A DNA stretch of 62,444 nucleotides, filler included, from Choristocarpus tenellus KU-1152 (taxonomy: Eukaryota > Protista > Phaeophyceae), in the NCBI GenBank assembly GCA_964200185.2. It is 11 parts of 11 records of this genome, joined end to end, with 100 filler letters (N's around TTAATTAATTAA, not from the genome) between each part and the next. Parts side by side here need not be neighbours in the genome. Positions count along the whole stretch, not along the records: positions 11,253 to 16,372 come from CAXNAD020011808.1; positions 16,473 to 23,795 come from CAXNAD020006332.1; positions 23,896 to 40,361 come from CAXNAD020000825.1; 8 more parts are not named here. One strand, given 5' to 3'. A program made the position numbers and the translations under genes. This document shows positions 12,051 to 24,381 of this stretch, piece after piece; position 1 is the first letter of the stretch; every line of letters starts with the position of its first letter. The notes below the pieces were generated by a model, which saw only the letters and a program-made list of their open reading frames with translations, had not been told where the DNA came from and did no database searches.

Positions 12051-12698
12051 TCAGCTCCCCATCCTGCATATTGAAGTACACCCCATTGAGTTCTTTGTAG
12101 TAGCAAGAACTTCTATATAACCCACCAGCCTTCCGTCCCCCTTCGTAGGGACCCCTGCAGCCTTGGAGGCTGACCTTGGTGAATTGGCGGCAGTAGCATC
12201 ACCCTCGTAAAACGTACTAGGCACGTATACCCTTCTCGGCCTCCCTACAGGTAGTGATGGTCTTCTACAACGTGTCGCACTTGACGCACCTCCTACCCTT
12301 TCACACCCCAGACCTTCTCTTCTGAAGCCAGCACTACTTGGTCGGACATTTGAGCGCGACGAGCGACCCCGAATATTTGCTCCAGAACCTTGAACTATTC
12401 CTGGACCTGTTGGGTAGCCAGTAGGAGATACCTTTCTAAAGGGAAAGTTGGAGTTGACCCTTCTCTTCCTGTTGAATTTTTTTGTAGGTATTCCATGACA
12501 CTCGCTCGCTGTGGCGTCACAACCAGAGTGGCCTTGTCCATGGCGATATGGTGACGACTGCCGAAAGAATGTCGCCTGTTGGCACTCATACACCTCCCGG
12601 GACTTGGTGACCTGAAAAATAAGTATGATTACCGCAAGGAGAGTGAGCATTGAGGCTGCTTGAAGACTGGTTTTTAGTCCTGAAAGAGTGCACTGCAA
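12051..12698 (-). CDS. Putative gene or first exon, unknown protein with a hydrophobic N-terminal segment
   Basis: 215-aa ORF; MLTLLAVIILIFQV resembles a signal peptide or TM segment, followed by a basic low-complexity region; no family recognised. Confidence 0.3.
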   Translation of the reverse strand: MQCTLSGLKTSLQAASMLTLLAVIILIFQVTKSREVYECQQATFFRQSSPYRHGQGHSGCDATASECHGIPTKKFNRKRRVNSNFPFRKVSPTGYPTGPGIVQGSGANIRGRSSRSNVRPSSAGFRREGLGCERVGGASSATRCRRPSLPVGRPRRVYVPSTFYEGDATAANSPRSASKAAGVPTKGDGRLVGYIEVLATTKNSMGCTSICRMGS

Positions 12699-13627
12699 CT
12701 GTGACTACGACGAATGGACGGAGAATATGATGTGAGCATTGTTGTCATTCATACAACTTACGTAGGGGTCAAGTATTTTAATGCCCTACATTGTAAATTC
12801 GAGTATGACGTTGCTTGCGAGATGTCAGTAGTTAAGTTCTTGCTTAAGAACCCAGATTATATGGGCTATCAGCGTCTAGTTTATTTTACGATAACTTGTC
12901 GCGTTTTTTTTACGAAGCAATTCAATGTCTATGTGAGATGTAAGCAATAGTGATTCCACCATCGATGAGGACTGCCAAGTTAATGAGAGAAGGCAAAGGG
13001 GAGGAGAAGGGACTCCAGCACGTTGAAAAAGGAGTGGACCGAATACACAGTCAATGCCTGGAAAACATTCGAGCAGTGAAAGATAGTGGGAAATGGGTCA
13101 ATAACACAAAATAAGCTGAGTCCTCATTTTCCGATGCCAAGTCTTCTAAACTACAAGTCATTCCCCCCTCATACAGAAATATCTAAGCACAAACATTAAG
13201 CACCTCTGATGGGGTCCCAGAGAACTCCTCCCTCGAAACAAGACATGGACGGTGTTCCTTCCCTGCACGCAACCCTTATATATTCAAGAAGTAACACTAG
13301 ATCGTGCACACACCTGAAGATAACGGGCTGGTGGGCCATCCTGTGAAACTGGGGGGGATCTCATCTCTCATCTCTCTCTCTCTCTCTCTCTAGTTCTTCG
13401 GCGATCTTGTTCCTTGGCCCTATGGTTCTTCCTTGCAAGAATAAACTTGCTCACCCACGATTTATGTAACTGTCACATTCTAATACCCCTAACCCTGTCA
13501 ACCTACACCCAGCCCTATCACTATCCCTGAATTCCTCTCCTATGTCTCAAAATTAACCCAAGCTGAAATAGAGGAATCTTACCTCCAATACCCTCGCTTG
13601 GTCTTTCAAATCCTTGAGGGGGCTGAA

Positions 13628-15380
13628 ATGGAAGGGGAAGTGCAGAGTAAAACCACATCCCAAAGTCCTTCGCTTGTTGCAGCAAGCGCTGCTGGAGTGA
13701 TGGAGGAGTCATCTACAGGTGTTGACATTGATAGCAAGGGGGATGGGAATCGACCATGGATGTACCTGGACGGTGTGAATTCTATTCAAAGAGGTCCTGT
13801 TCATGAATCAGCAATGATAAAGCTAATTATGACCGGAATGGTTGGCAGGGAGACCCAGGCTTGGTCTGCAGGCATGTCTGAATGGGAATCGCTCGAGAAG
13901 GTGAAGGCTCTGGCATTACATCGATGTTCAAGATTATTGCAGGGACTTTGAAAAAATGGATCGTGTCATGAACCTCTGTGGGAGCTTCCCTAGCAAGAAA
14001 GGTGCTAAGCACGATCTTCCCTTCCATTCCGCGCTTCAAAACACTTCGGTTGGAGTTACGCTATACCTAGATTGGGTTCGTTGATGCTTTTTGTACTATC
14101 GATGGCTGTTCTCCCCCTCAGACGCTCGTACTTGGCGTCGTGTACTTGGCGTCGTGTACTTGGCGTTTATGTCTATAGGTTCGCCATGCCCCCTCTCCAG
14201 CTGCACCTTTCTCCCCAACTACTACACCGTAATCATTCGAACCACCTGTCTTCTTTATGCATCATGCGGACTTTGCAGATCGAGGTTTTTGGCGAGAGTG
14301 TGAATCTAGCATCCACTCCTTGGATGTACCTTGGCGAATCATCACAGCAATTAGGGTGAGCAAGACCTTTGGTGAGAGCTTCGAGAGTAGGCTTCATTGA
14401 TGAGACGCACCAGTCCGTGTACCATTTTCAAGCAAACATTGCCCGATCTTTTCAGCTCTTGCATCGCTGAAGCCTAGAACTGCTGTCGCTGATGCATTTG
14501 GGGGTATTTGGGTGTGACCTGCCCTCTTTTGTGCACATTTCGTCTACAACAGAGTAAAAAGCTTGTTCTCCTCGATCAATACCATCATGGTATCACATCG
14601 CTCATTTCTTTTTTGTGGATGATCCGATGAATCTAAGCACCAGTGGATGCAAGAGAAACAGTCTCTCTTCAGTAACGCCTGACCTTAACATCATTACCTG
14701 TGCTGGTAGCCCTGTCGCAGCGGCTGCCCTTGCAAAGCTGTTCCGAGATGGTAATCTGGATGGCATGAGCATGGTGTGGACAACAGGCATGGAAGAGTGG
14801 AAACCCTTAAGCGAGGTGAGAAAAATCAAGGAGGAACTGTCATATGCAAGAAGTGGGACGTATTGCCATAAAAAGAGATATCTACACATCTTGGCAAAGT
14901 TTTGGTAATAGATTTTTTTCTCGGTGTTACCCCAGTGCCCCCCTTTCCCTACAGCTGATGCTGCTCCCGACAATGGTAGTTCCCATCCTCCCCCCCAAGA
15001 GTAGACCATTGTTTTTCATCATGCTTGTGCATGGTACCAGAACGTCTGAAGTGATTGCCGCGTATAGCACAATGTGTGCAGGGGATGTTCTCAATGCTGT
15101 GCTATGCTGTCCACCCTTCTTTGGGATGTTCTCTGGCTTCCCAATACTACAAGTATTTAACGGAGACATGGGAAAGAATACCTTTGTATCATACAGCCCA
15201 CACGAGCATGTCTGTTACTTTATTTTATTTTTTGGACGAGCATGTCGTTTTGCTTCGCCTTCCATGTACAGCACCACCGATGCTGCGCAGGAAAGTGTTT
15301 TTTTTTTATCAGTGTTTTTTTTTAAGTTTTGGAGTTGACGTGGTTCACATACACTTTGTGTTAATATTTTTTGTTTTACA

Positions 15381-15412
<32 letters not shown>

Positions 15413-16251
15413 TGTTTTTGCATATATTGTGCGCATGCATGTGCAGTTGAACCAACATATTGAAAGAGGCGTGGAGCTCCGAGGTCTTAGACAAGAGTTG
15501 GGCGGTATGCTCAAGTGACTTCACATGTAATAACATAGCGGTGGCGTCTGTATTGAAGTTTCTTGGAAGTTTCTTGGAAGTTTCTCGGAGGCTTTATGAC
15601 AGTTTATGACAGTTTCAGGCACAGTTTGGTTTTGTTGTGAGAGGGGCGAAACCATTGTTGCCAAGGATGTGCTCTTCTGTCGTAGGAGAGGGTAACAACC
15701 TGGGCGAGGCCTCTTGCCGATCAGGGGTCGCACAACGCCCTCGGCGTCATATTGTGTCATATTGTGTCATACTGTGTCATATGGGACCATTCCATTGATC
15801 CTGTTGTTCAGTGCGCTAGAGGTACTAGTTTTCGAACCACCCCCCTGAGAAGAGAAGAACAAAAAATAAATCTGTGCATTATAAGCTATTTTTTTTGTTC
15901 TTTTGGAATGTTTATTTTATTGTTCTTTCGATTGCGTAGAATTATTTTACTCTTATTGTGACGTCGCTCGGAATATCTCCTGTACCGCTGCTACATGAAC
16001 ATGCATATTATATAATATATAATATATATATTATTATTTTTTTGTCTACTATGCCACTGATTGGTCGCTCCACCTCCACCCAGGTGTCTGAGCTTCGACA
16101 GCTGCTACAAGAGGGTAATGAGGAGGAGGAGGAGGAGGAGGAGGAGGAGGAGGCAGGGCATGGGGAGGGAGGAGATGGGGGGAGTGCTGATATCATGGTG
16201 TTTGAGGCGGAGGAGGAAGAGCAGCCAGCTTTTGTTCCTCTGCCAAAGGAG
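13628..16251 (+). CDS. Protein with two GYF_2 (DUF4339) domains and an acidic tract; 5' part only
   Basis: Exons 13628-13900, 14279-14355, 14710-14815, 16084-16251 join in phase; two WMYL...Q.GPV....L..L...G......W..GM.EW..L motifs. Confidence 0.85.
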
Positions 16252-16473
16252 GTGAGAGGTGATTGGTAACGGAACCCCCCCCCCCCCCCCCAGGAAGGGG
16301 GGGGGGGAAGGGGGTTTGTTTAGGGTTTTAGAAAAAAATAAAAAGAAGAAAAAAAAAAAAAAAAAAAAAAAANNNNNNNNNNNNNNNNNNNNNNNNNNNN
16401 NNNNNNNNNNNNNNNNTTAATTAATTAANNNNNNNNNNNNNNNNNNNNNNNNNNNNNNNNNNNNNNNNNNNNT

Positions 16474-19400
16474 ACTGGCCTTCAAGAACTCAGGGATCGC
16501 TGTGATGCTCGCCTTCAAGAGCTGGATGAGGATTTGGAGCTGCGTCGGAAGGTGGAGGGATGATGGGCTTGAAGCCTACTGTGTCTATCATATTCTAACC
16601 TTGAGCTCACTTATTGGATATTGCTCAATAGCACAATTTTTATAGTTAGAGGCCACAACACGTATATGGTATAGAGAGAGTAAAGGAGCTTCGCTAATTG
16701 ATATGTGATGCTGCACACACATTGCACTATGTTTTTCCTTAAGGTGTAGATGATGTATTCTTCTTCTGTATTATGAAGATCTCCATCACCTTTTCCAGTC
16801 TCCTTTCTGCACAAGAGACATCTATACCTTCCATCACCAGAGCTAGGTATAGACTACCCACCTCCACCTCTTCTATCTTCTACATAGTTCATAATGAGCC
16901 GCAGGATTGTACAATCTGTTCCAAACACCTGATATATGGAAGCGTTCCTCAAAATCATGCTGTTGAATGTTGTAGGTGGACATCCATGAGATCGAGGAGA
17001 GGAAGAACTTACATATTAACGATCTCATGCGCAACCATGAGAAAGCTTTTGGGCAGATGAAGGCTTACTACAACGACATCACAAATGACAACTTGAAGGC
17101 AGGAAATTTATACACCCTGTTATCCTCTGGATATGTGGAGGCAATTTCCTTTTACTGGGAAGGAGTGTGAAGAGGCACCTAGCCACGCCCACATCCTCTG
17201 CACCCTCTTGCCATTCTTGTGCACCCTTATTATAACTGAAATTAATGACCATGTGCTTATGCTGGGATAAATTGCACAGCAGATAAAAATATCTATTTTC
17301 AGAACAGCTTCAAAATAGGGTAATGGTCAGCTTGTTTTCATGGTTCACAACATTGGATGATTATAGTTATACTGGTACACTGCCATTGCTGTATCTGGGT
17401 TATAACCTATTTGAAGACACATATTTTCCTTTTTTCCCTTCTAGTCTTTGCACTTAATTTCCTTCCACCAGGGACTGATTGAAATACGTGGCAATTGTGA
17501 GTCCCTCACGAGGATTTAGAACCACCCACAACACACCGTTCATTGACTCAGTTGCAATGAACTGGTTGCAAAGGTATTTACCCCTTCCCTCCCTCCTTGT
17601 CAACATCATCAAACCTTGAGAGCTCTCATATTCAATATCTCTTAACAGCGTCTCGACTTCGCTTTGAGGTAGATCCAAATCCTTACCCAGCCCTGACGAA
17701 ACTAACCTGATTAGGGCTCCAATTACCATGATGGGAAGGGAGTTCTGATCCTCTGCTCACTTGAACTTTCTAACATTTCCGATCCCCTCCCTTCTCACTT
17801 CCTCCTCCCCACTCCCCATTTCATAATTCGGATTGTATCATGGTGTTATCTGACAAATAGCTTATTCAATCCCTCAAAGATGAGCTTTCTGAGATGAAGA
17901 GAAAGGCTGTGGCGAACCAGAAGCTCATGCTCGACATATCGCAGGCAAGTCGCATCTGACAACATATAGGTGTATTACATCACAAGTCAATATTCCTCCA
18001 TTCATAAACAGATATACTCCAGTCTCCATGGCGACTGACCTTGTAAGATAGCGGGTCCTCAATGTACAAATTTGCAACACTCCAAATCCCTACAAGCTGA
18101 TATTATTTTTACTGATACAAATCTTCTTGTCATCCTGGTCTCCACAACAGCCGTACCTTGGTTCTACTCTTGAAACCTTCGATTTGCACTGGTCCATTTT
18201 ACGTTCAAAGACATGTGTCTAAATTGCTTGAATAGTTACCAAATACTGAGTACTATGTAGTATAAAGGATCCAAAGTATCTGGGGGGGGGGGTCTACATC
18301 AGGGTGTCCATTTGGGGCAAAATCAGGAAAAGTGCATTTACATTATCCATCGGACTTATGCAACCAAATCACCCAAAAATCGCCACATGGAAAAATTGAC
18401 CCCAAATGGATAGCCACCACCTTTTAGATACTTTGCGGCTTGCAGAGTGAAATTATCTTAGAGGGTAGGTAGGAGTCTTGCCCTGTTTGTCCATTTGGGG
18501 CTTGGCTTCCCTTGGGGTTTTTTATGATATTTTCCTACTCCAAAATATTTCGGAGTAGAAAAAATGTTTACGTTATGAAAAGGTGTGTCCGGAACAAGGA
18601 TATTCCCACTTTCTAACAAACACAATGGCCAGAATTACATCAAAATTTCAACATTGGATTTTGACCGCCAAACGGACGCGGCTCTACCCTCTAAGATACT
18701 TTGACTCCAAAGGTACTTCGACATATCTTTGAGCAATCTCTTGAAACACAAAACATATGTTAGAGTTAGGGTTAGGGTTAAGCAATCATGAGGAAAGACT
18801 AAGTGTACATTCTACCACTGGTAGCTTGGCTTTTCTCTGCACAAGGGACAGGGATCAGAAATATGGAACATATATTACGAAGATGCTAGATCAATGGTGC
18901 AGAAACAACTTGAATAGGAAAAGGCATGAAATTTAGGTAAAAATTCGAAGTATACAAACATCGCTGACTCCCCTTTCCTCTTCACCATCAAAAATTCCAA
19001 AATTTCTTGGTCAACATTTTTCTCTTCCAGGAGAACAAGCGATTGAGTGACCCTCTTTCAGTGGCCCTGGCAAGTGTAGCCGAGCTCCACAATCAGCTGA
19101 AAGATCAAGAGAAAGATCGCCTATCCTTGGCTAATGCCAAGGCTCGTCTGAGGGTCCTTGATGAACAGGTAAGGTATTTCAGGGAATGATAACACAAGGC
19201 ATCTGAAGTCACAAGTTGGTCCTTGGACTTGAGGTTTGCCCTGGTCACGAGTTGCGACATCAATCTACTGCATTGCTCCCAGTAATGTATCCGCCCAATA
19301 TTATGCTTTTTAGTGAGGAGATTGGGTGTTTTTCACGTAGAAATATAGCAGGCCAAGCAAGGATCACTCTCTCAAAGCATTCAAGACTCTGGTATTCAAT

Positions 19401-20862
19401 AGCTCGAGTCCAATAAAATACACACTCGAGGCGTGCAAAAGAAATGGAGAAGATATTTGGTAGGTCCACTTGGGAGTTCAAATGCGAAAATATGTAATTT
19501 CATAGCCAATACAGCTCATTGCATGATTGATTAGTGCTGCGTTGTTGAGCTGCTGAGGGGGCAGGGAACACGTACCTAAGTGGGGTACGACCTCTTTTCA
19601 AATCAGGTTTGCTCCTGGCCGACTAATACTCCAGTTCGGTACAAGATTGTGCTGAGTTTATAGCAGCCATATCAAGCACTCCTGCACATAATACTGTAAA
19701 TTGTGTGTAGTGTTCAAATAGGGCATATATAGAGTATGCATGATAGAACTAAAGATGGATGACAGGGTAAGAATAAAACATACTCAAGTAAATAGCCGAT
19801 ATTACTTTACCAGGACCAGTGTCGTAAGTATTGTAATGCACGTCTGGTCCTGTTAAATATGGTAGGGTAGACCATCACAGAATATTGCGCTGGAAGGATC
19901 TGCCTGTGAAGCTGCGTAAAACTTCATTTGTGTTCACACAAATCTCTCGGTGATTGCGACACCCACCAACAGGAACGTTCCTCAGTCCACCATTAAGGGC
20001 CTCAACAGACTGACTTTGCAGTAAATTCAATGTGATTGATCTGCTTGTGAGTTCAACAGCAATGTTAGCCTTCCCTTGGCATCACCAGGACAGCATGTTT
20101 TCTTCCCTCTCGTTTTCCAAGCTTGACCCAAGTCCTGTTTCCATCCTCATGTATGTGCAATCATACCCCTGTCCCTAATCAACCAGCTCCTGGAGCTCCG
20201 CCAGAGTCACAGGGATCTGGAGATTGAGTTTTCTTTGGTGGAGAAGGAGCGGGATGAACTCTATGACACATTTGAAGGGGCTGTCAGAACCATCCAGCAA
20301 AGGACTGACTTCAAGTGAGAAGGGTATCCCTCCAGTCGTTGTGCTTGTTGCTGCCCAATATACTACTAGTATGTGCTCCACTTCCCTACTTATATCCAGC
20401 CAATATCACACAAATAATAGAAGAAAACCCTGTGTACGTTTCAGCGCCCATAAGAAAAGCATTTGGGTTCAAATGTTGCTTTCTTATTGCTGGAATGGTA
20501 GATTGTACTGTTGAACTTGCCTCATACGACACACCATCCCCATTTATCGTTTTGTAGATTTTCACCTTAGTCCAGATTCTGCAACCGTATGCACTGCCTC
20601 TTGTTAACCCCCCCCCCACCACTTTTTCCTTGCCATTGGCAAGATATCCTTCCCTGCTCCATAGCTAGCAAGTAGTGAGTGCCCTGTGATGGTCTCCAAA
20701 ATTTGTCATTTATCCTCTCAATACTGTCTTTTTTCTCAACGCAACCACGAAAATGCCTCTGGCTTCAACAGGAATATTGTTCTGGAACAAAGGTTGACAG
20801 CAGTGGAGGAATCAATTGAGAGATCGGACAACCATCTCTCCCAGATTGTTTCTGCAGCTAAG
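16474..20862 (+). CDS. GAS8: Growth arrest-specific 8 / dynein regulatory complex subunit 4, internal fragment
   Basis: Exons 16474-16551, 16976-17098, 17861-17944, 19031-19168, 20187-20314, 20772-20862: [53 protein letters not shown].../ENKRLSDPL.../...ERDELYDTF...[15 protein letters not shown]. Confidence 0.95.
18268..18439. mobile_element. MITE family A, full length (GAS8 intron)
   Basis: gatccaaagtatct-polyG ... agatactttgcggc. Confidence 0.88.
18445..18707. mobile_element. MITE family B, full length (GAS8 intron)
   Basis: gagtgaaattatcttagagggta ... taccctctaagatactttgactc. Confidence 0.88.
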
Positions 20863-22384
20863 GTAAGGCACACAGCACATAATGATGGAAAGGGGGTGAA
20901 GGTGTGCTGACCAGGTGTAGAAATGAGGGTGTGGGTACTTCTTTGTGGGGGGTAAAAGGTCGACACTCCAGTATCCCACAACAGAGTCCTGCCGTCCCTT
21001 TCCCGTGCTCGCTCCAACAAAAAAGACCAACACATTGTGCAAAATATGATTATAGATAATAGGCCAAAATGTGTGGGTGGGTGTGCACATTTCTGGGTCT
21101 TTGCACACAATTTGAGTGACACCATCTAGGGTGTGTGTGTGTGGTTTTGAGTCTTCTGAGTTTCCAGGCATTTTTCCCTTGGACAACATCTACCATGCCC
21201 ATAATTGAAATCCAATTAACCCATCTTAGAACGAAGTGGCAAGAAGAAAATATTACCTGTGAGCATGTTGTCAGTCGAAGTTGCCCTCCACAATTCTCAA
21301 AATAGATGTATCACAAGGCAGATATAGGGGTCCTTACAGCTCAACAACACCCCCGCCTTAGATGGTATCACTCTTTGGGACTTCTGGCTGCAAGGTCAGG
21401 GATATGTAAAGCTTTGCTCCCATGAGTTCTAGTGTTCTCCCCACCGTAATATAATTGCCTTCATATGATGTGTGATACCAGAAGCACCCAAGGGGTTGCC
21501 TATCACTCCTGGTTTGCCTGTTTATGAGGATACTGTGTATTATGGAAATACATGTCTGAGAACGTTCGATATATTTAGATGATCACAAGTTCAAAAACAT
21601 AAAATAAAATAGGGGAATGTGAGGATCTGGGTTGAACAGGGGGATGTCGTTACCATAAATGTGTCTAAGAAAATGTAGAGATAAGAATTAGCAAGGAGTA
21701 TCATATTTTCATTTTACATCTCTTCAGACACAATATTTTCAAAAGGTGTAAACATATTGCTGTATATTTTTCACAGAATGAGAGAATTTGTGTTGGAAAG
21801 TAGGCCCTATCCCATATAGTCAACACCCAAATACTTCCAGAAAATAAGCTAAGAAAAACTTGAGGTGTTTGCAGAACCTGATCACACATGGATTTCCACA
21901 TGAATGGTATTTTAAAGGAGACAGTAAAATGCCCAACGTGCAATAATGTGGCTATATACAGATTATTGTAGTTATTTCGACAGACGACAAATGAGGTCTA
22001 CTCTAGAGGTAAATATTTCGTGCAAAACACAAGTGCACTGAGATGACCTCCAAAGCACACAAAGATTCCAGTGGGGCATAATGAAAAGTGGGTGAGGAGA
22101 CCTTTAGAAGATGGTGATGGCTTTACCACGAACTGCCGTATCTCCTTGCAGAGGAGTCCGATCAACAAGATTGAGTGGTAGGGCTTGGCAGTGGAGGTAC
22201 AGATCACGGATCCCCTTCTATCATTGCCATCTTGCCCCAGGAGGTCGAAAGTTCCAATGATGTGGGTCCTTCAGTTCAGTTTGGTAAAGGAGTATTCGAG
22301 CTTTGTGGCATGAGGTAAAGTAGCCCTGGCCTGGGCAATGAGGGACCCATAGGAGGCAAAATAAAAATAATATTAATTGTGAAA

Positions 22385-23795
22385 CAGTCGGTCCATTATT
22401 CTAAACGGCACGTCAACTGGATGTGTACACCTGTGGTGCGTCCCGGCTGGTAAAATAACATATCTCCTACAAATGGCTAGAGAATCTGTGTGAAAGTGAA
22501 CGAAGATGTCACACCAAAATCTTATTTTACGATTTCCAAACACAAGGGCGGTAGGTGGACTAGATAAATCATGTGCCATTTATGGGCCGTGCCAGGACAC
22601 ATTACAAAAACAGTATGATAATATGGTGATAATACCTCTAAGCCGTAAGTTTGTGCCGCGAAACATCTGGGCTCGCCGAGCGAGAACGGCGCCGAATCAG
22701 ACGATAACCCCACAGAATTAAATTGGGTTGACAATATTAGCTTTCAGAAAAGGTGGGGTTCGAGGAACATGAGGTACAAACTCGAGGTGTTTCAAGCCGT
22801 CAAAGTAGGGGTCTTTTGGGGTGATTTTGAGACCAGAACTGGGCATGTTGAGGGTCAGAGAACATTGGCATGGCAATTCCCCCGTTGACCCCCCTGCGTA
22901 GGAAGGGTGCCCAAGTGTCCCTAAATACCAGGGCTGTGCTTGCAGTGCGGCATGCCCTAACGATGGTTGTTGGTGAGCATAAACTGTCGCGACACGTTGG
23001 GCTGGCCCTTGCAGTGGAGTGTGGAGTGTCTGAGTGTTACATGCGAGGGATCTGTGAGGATGTCGCTGATCAGCTCGCCCGTGGCCACATGCCTAACCTA
23101 GGGGTGGCGGCACATAGTGGGCGACCTTCAGAGCTCACACCGACCAAGCTGGCCGCAATACATACTATCAACTCCGATAATCGGTCATCCACGGTGCATC
23201 AGTTGACAACGAAGATGGCTGTCAAGGGGCTGAATTATAGCACGAGCACCATAAAGAGATGGTTGGATGATATGGGGACCATGCAAATCGCTGTTGGATC
23301 AAACCTAAGCTTAAATCGTGGCAAAAGATATGGAGAATGGACTTTGTTTGCGATCAAGTGGACAGAAAACGTGGTGTGTATGCCTTCATGGTGGACACGA
23401 TCCATGTGAGTGAAACCTGGTTCTACGTGATAGCTGATGGGGAAAGGGTTGGAGTATTTCCACATGAGGATGATAGTGACCTTTTAGGGTCTTCTACTGT
23501 GCAGCACAAGAGTCATATCCCCAAAACCATGATCATTGCAGCCAAACCCTGACCAGATTCGGCTCACAGCTTTGATGGAAAGCTTAGTCTTTGGTGTGTG
23601 TGTGCACCAAAACCGGCAGACAGGACAAGCAAGAACCATGAAAAGGGGGATATGTATGAGCAGGACAGTACCTTAGACCATTTGTGTTACAGGAAGTGAC
23701 ACATGGAGGGGTTGCTGCCTGCAATCAAGACCGAGATGCCTTGGTTGCAGGGGAACCACATTGTCATTCAGCAAGACGGTGCCACCCCCCACACG
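22385..23795 (+). mobile_element. Degenerate Tc1/mariner element, plant-mariner (DD39D-like) type, 5' part
   Basis: HTH region HSGRPSELTP; TIHVSETWFY (compare VHIDEKWFY), VQHKSHIPKTM, FDGKL..W, RTSKN, IVIQQDGATPH; frameshift and stops; left boundary approximate. Confidence 0.85.
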
Positions 23796-23895
23796 NNNNN
23801 NNNNNNNNNNNNNNNNNNNNNNNNNNNNNNNNNNNNNNNTTAATTAATTAANNNNNNNNNNNNNNNNNNNNNNNNNNNNNNNNNNNNNNNNNNNN

Positions 23896-23965
23896 CCTGG
23901 GCAGGGCCCGAATGGGCCCCCTGGTGTAGACCCCCCCTTCCCCCCCCCCCCAGATACTTTGAGCC
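23896..23965. mobile_element. MITE family A, partial
   Basis: ctggtgtagac-polyC-agatactttgagcc at the contig start. Confidence 0.75.
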
Positions 23966-24381
23966 ATTTGCCTCTCTTCCAACACCTCCTCCCAGCAACT
24001 GCAGAAGTATAGCAACCTTAGGTGAAGAGACTAGAGACGTACATCTTCCACCTTCTCATCTTTAGGTAATGTTGAATTGACTGAACGTAGAAGCCTCCTG
24101 TTCCACTGACCACTAATTTCTGCTCATGGAATAATATCTTTATAAAAATGCATGACAGCAATGCCAACTTTAATAATAGTACGAGTGGGGGTAAGTACGG
24201 CATCATGGTGACTTCATACTATTGACTGAAAAGACTCAGAGGCTTTTACATTGGTCTACCTACATGTTGCTATTCGTGTTATCTTTCCTAGGGAGCTACC
24301 CCTCCGATCCTGGCACGATTAGCATACCACTCTATGAATTGAAGTACCACTCTGGAATGCGATGCTTGCCTAACTCTTCAC

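Noticed and set aside
17454-17729. 91-aa antisense ORF nested in a GAS8 intron
   Set aside because: No recognisable domain or splice support; an ORF of this length is plausible by chance.
19808-19858. Small inverted repeat caggaccag...ctggtcctg
   Set aside because: A single 9-bp stem with no other copy seen; not distinguishable from chance.
7038-20862. Apparent clustering of flagellar genes (dynein heavy chain and GAS8/DRC4)
   Set aside because: They lie on different contigs separated by two linkers, so there is no evidence of linkage.
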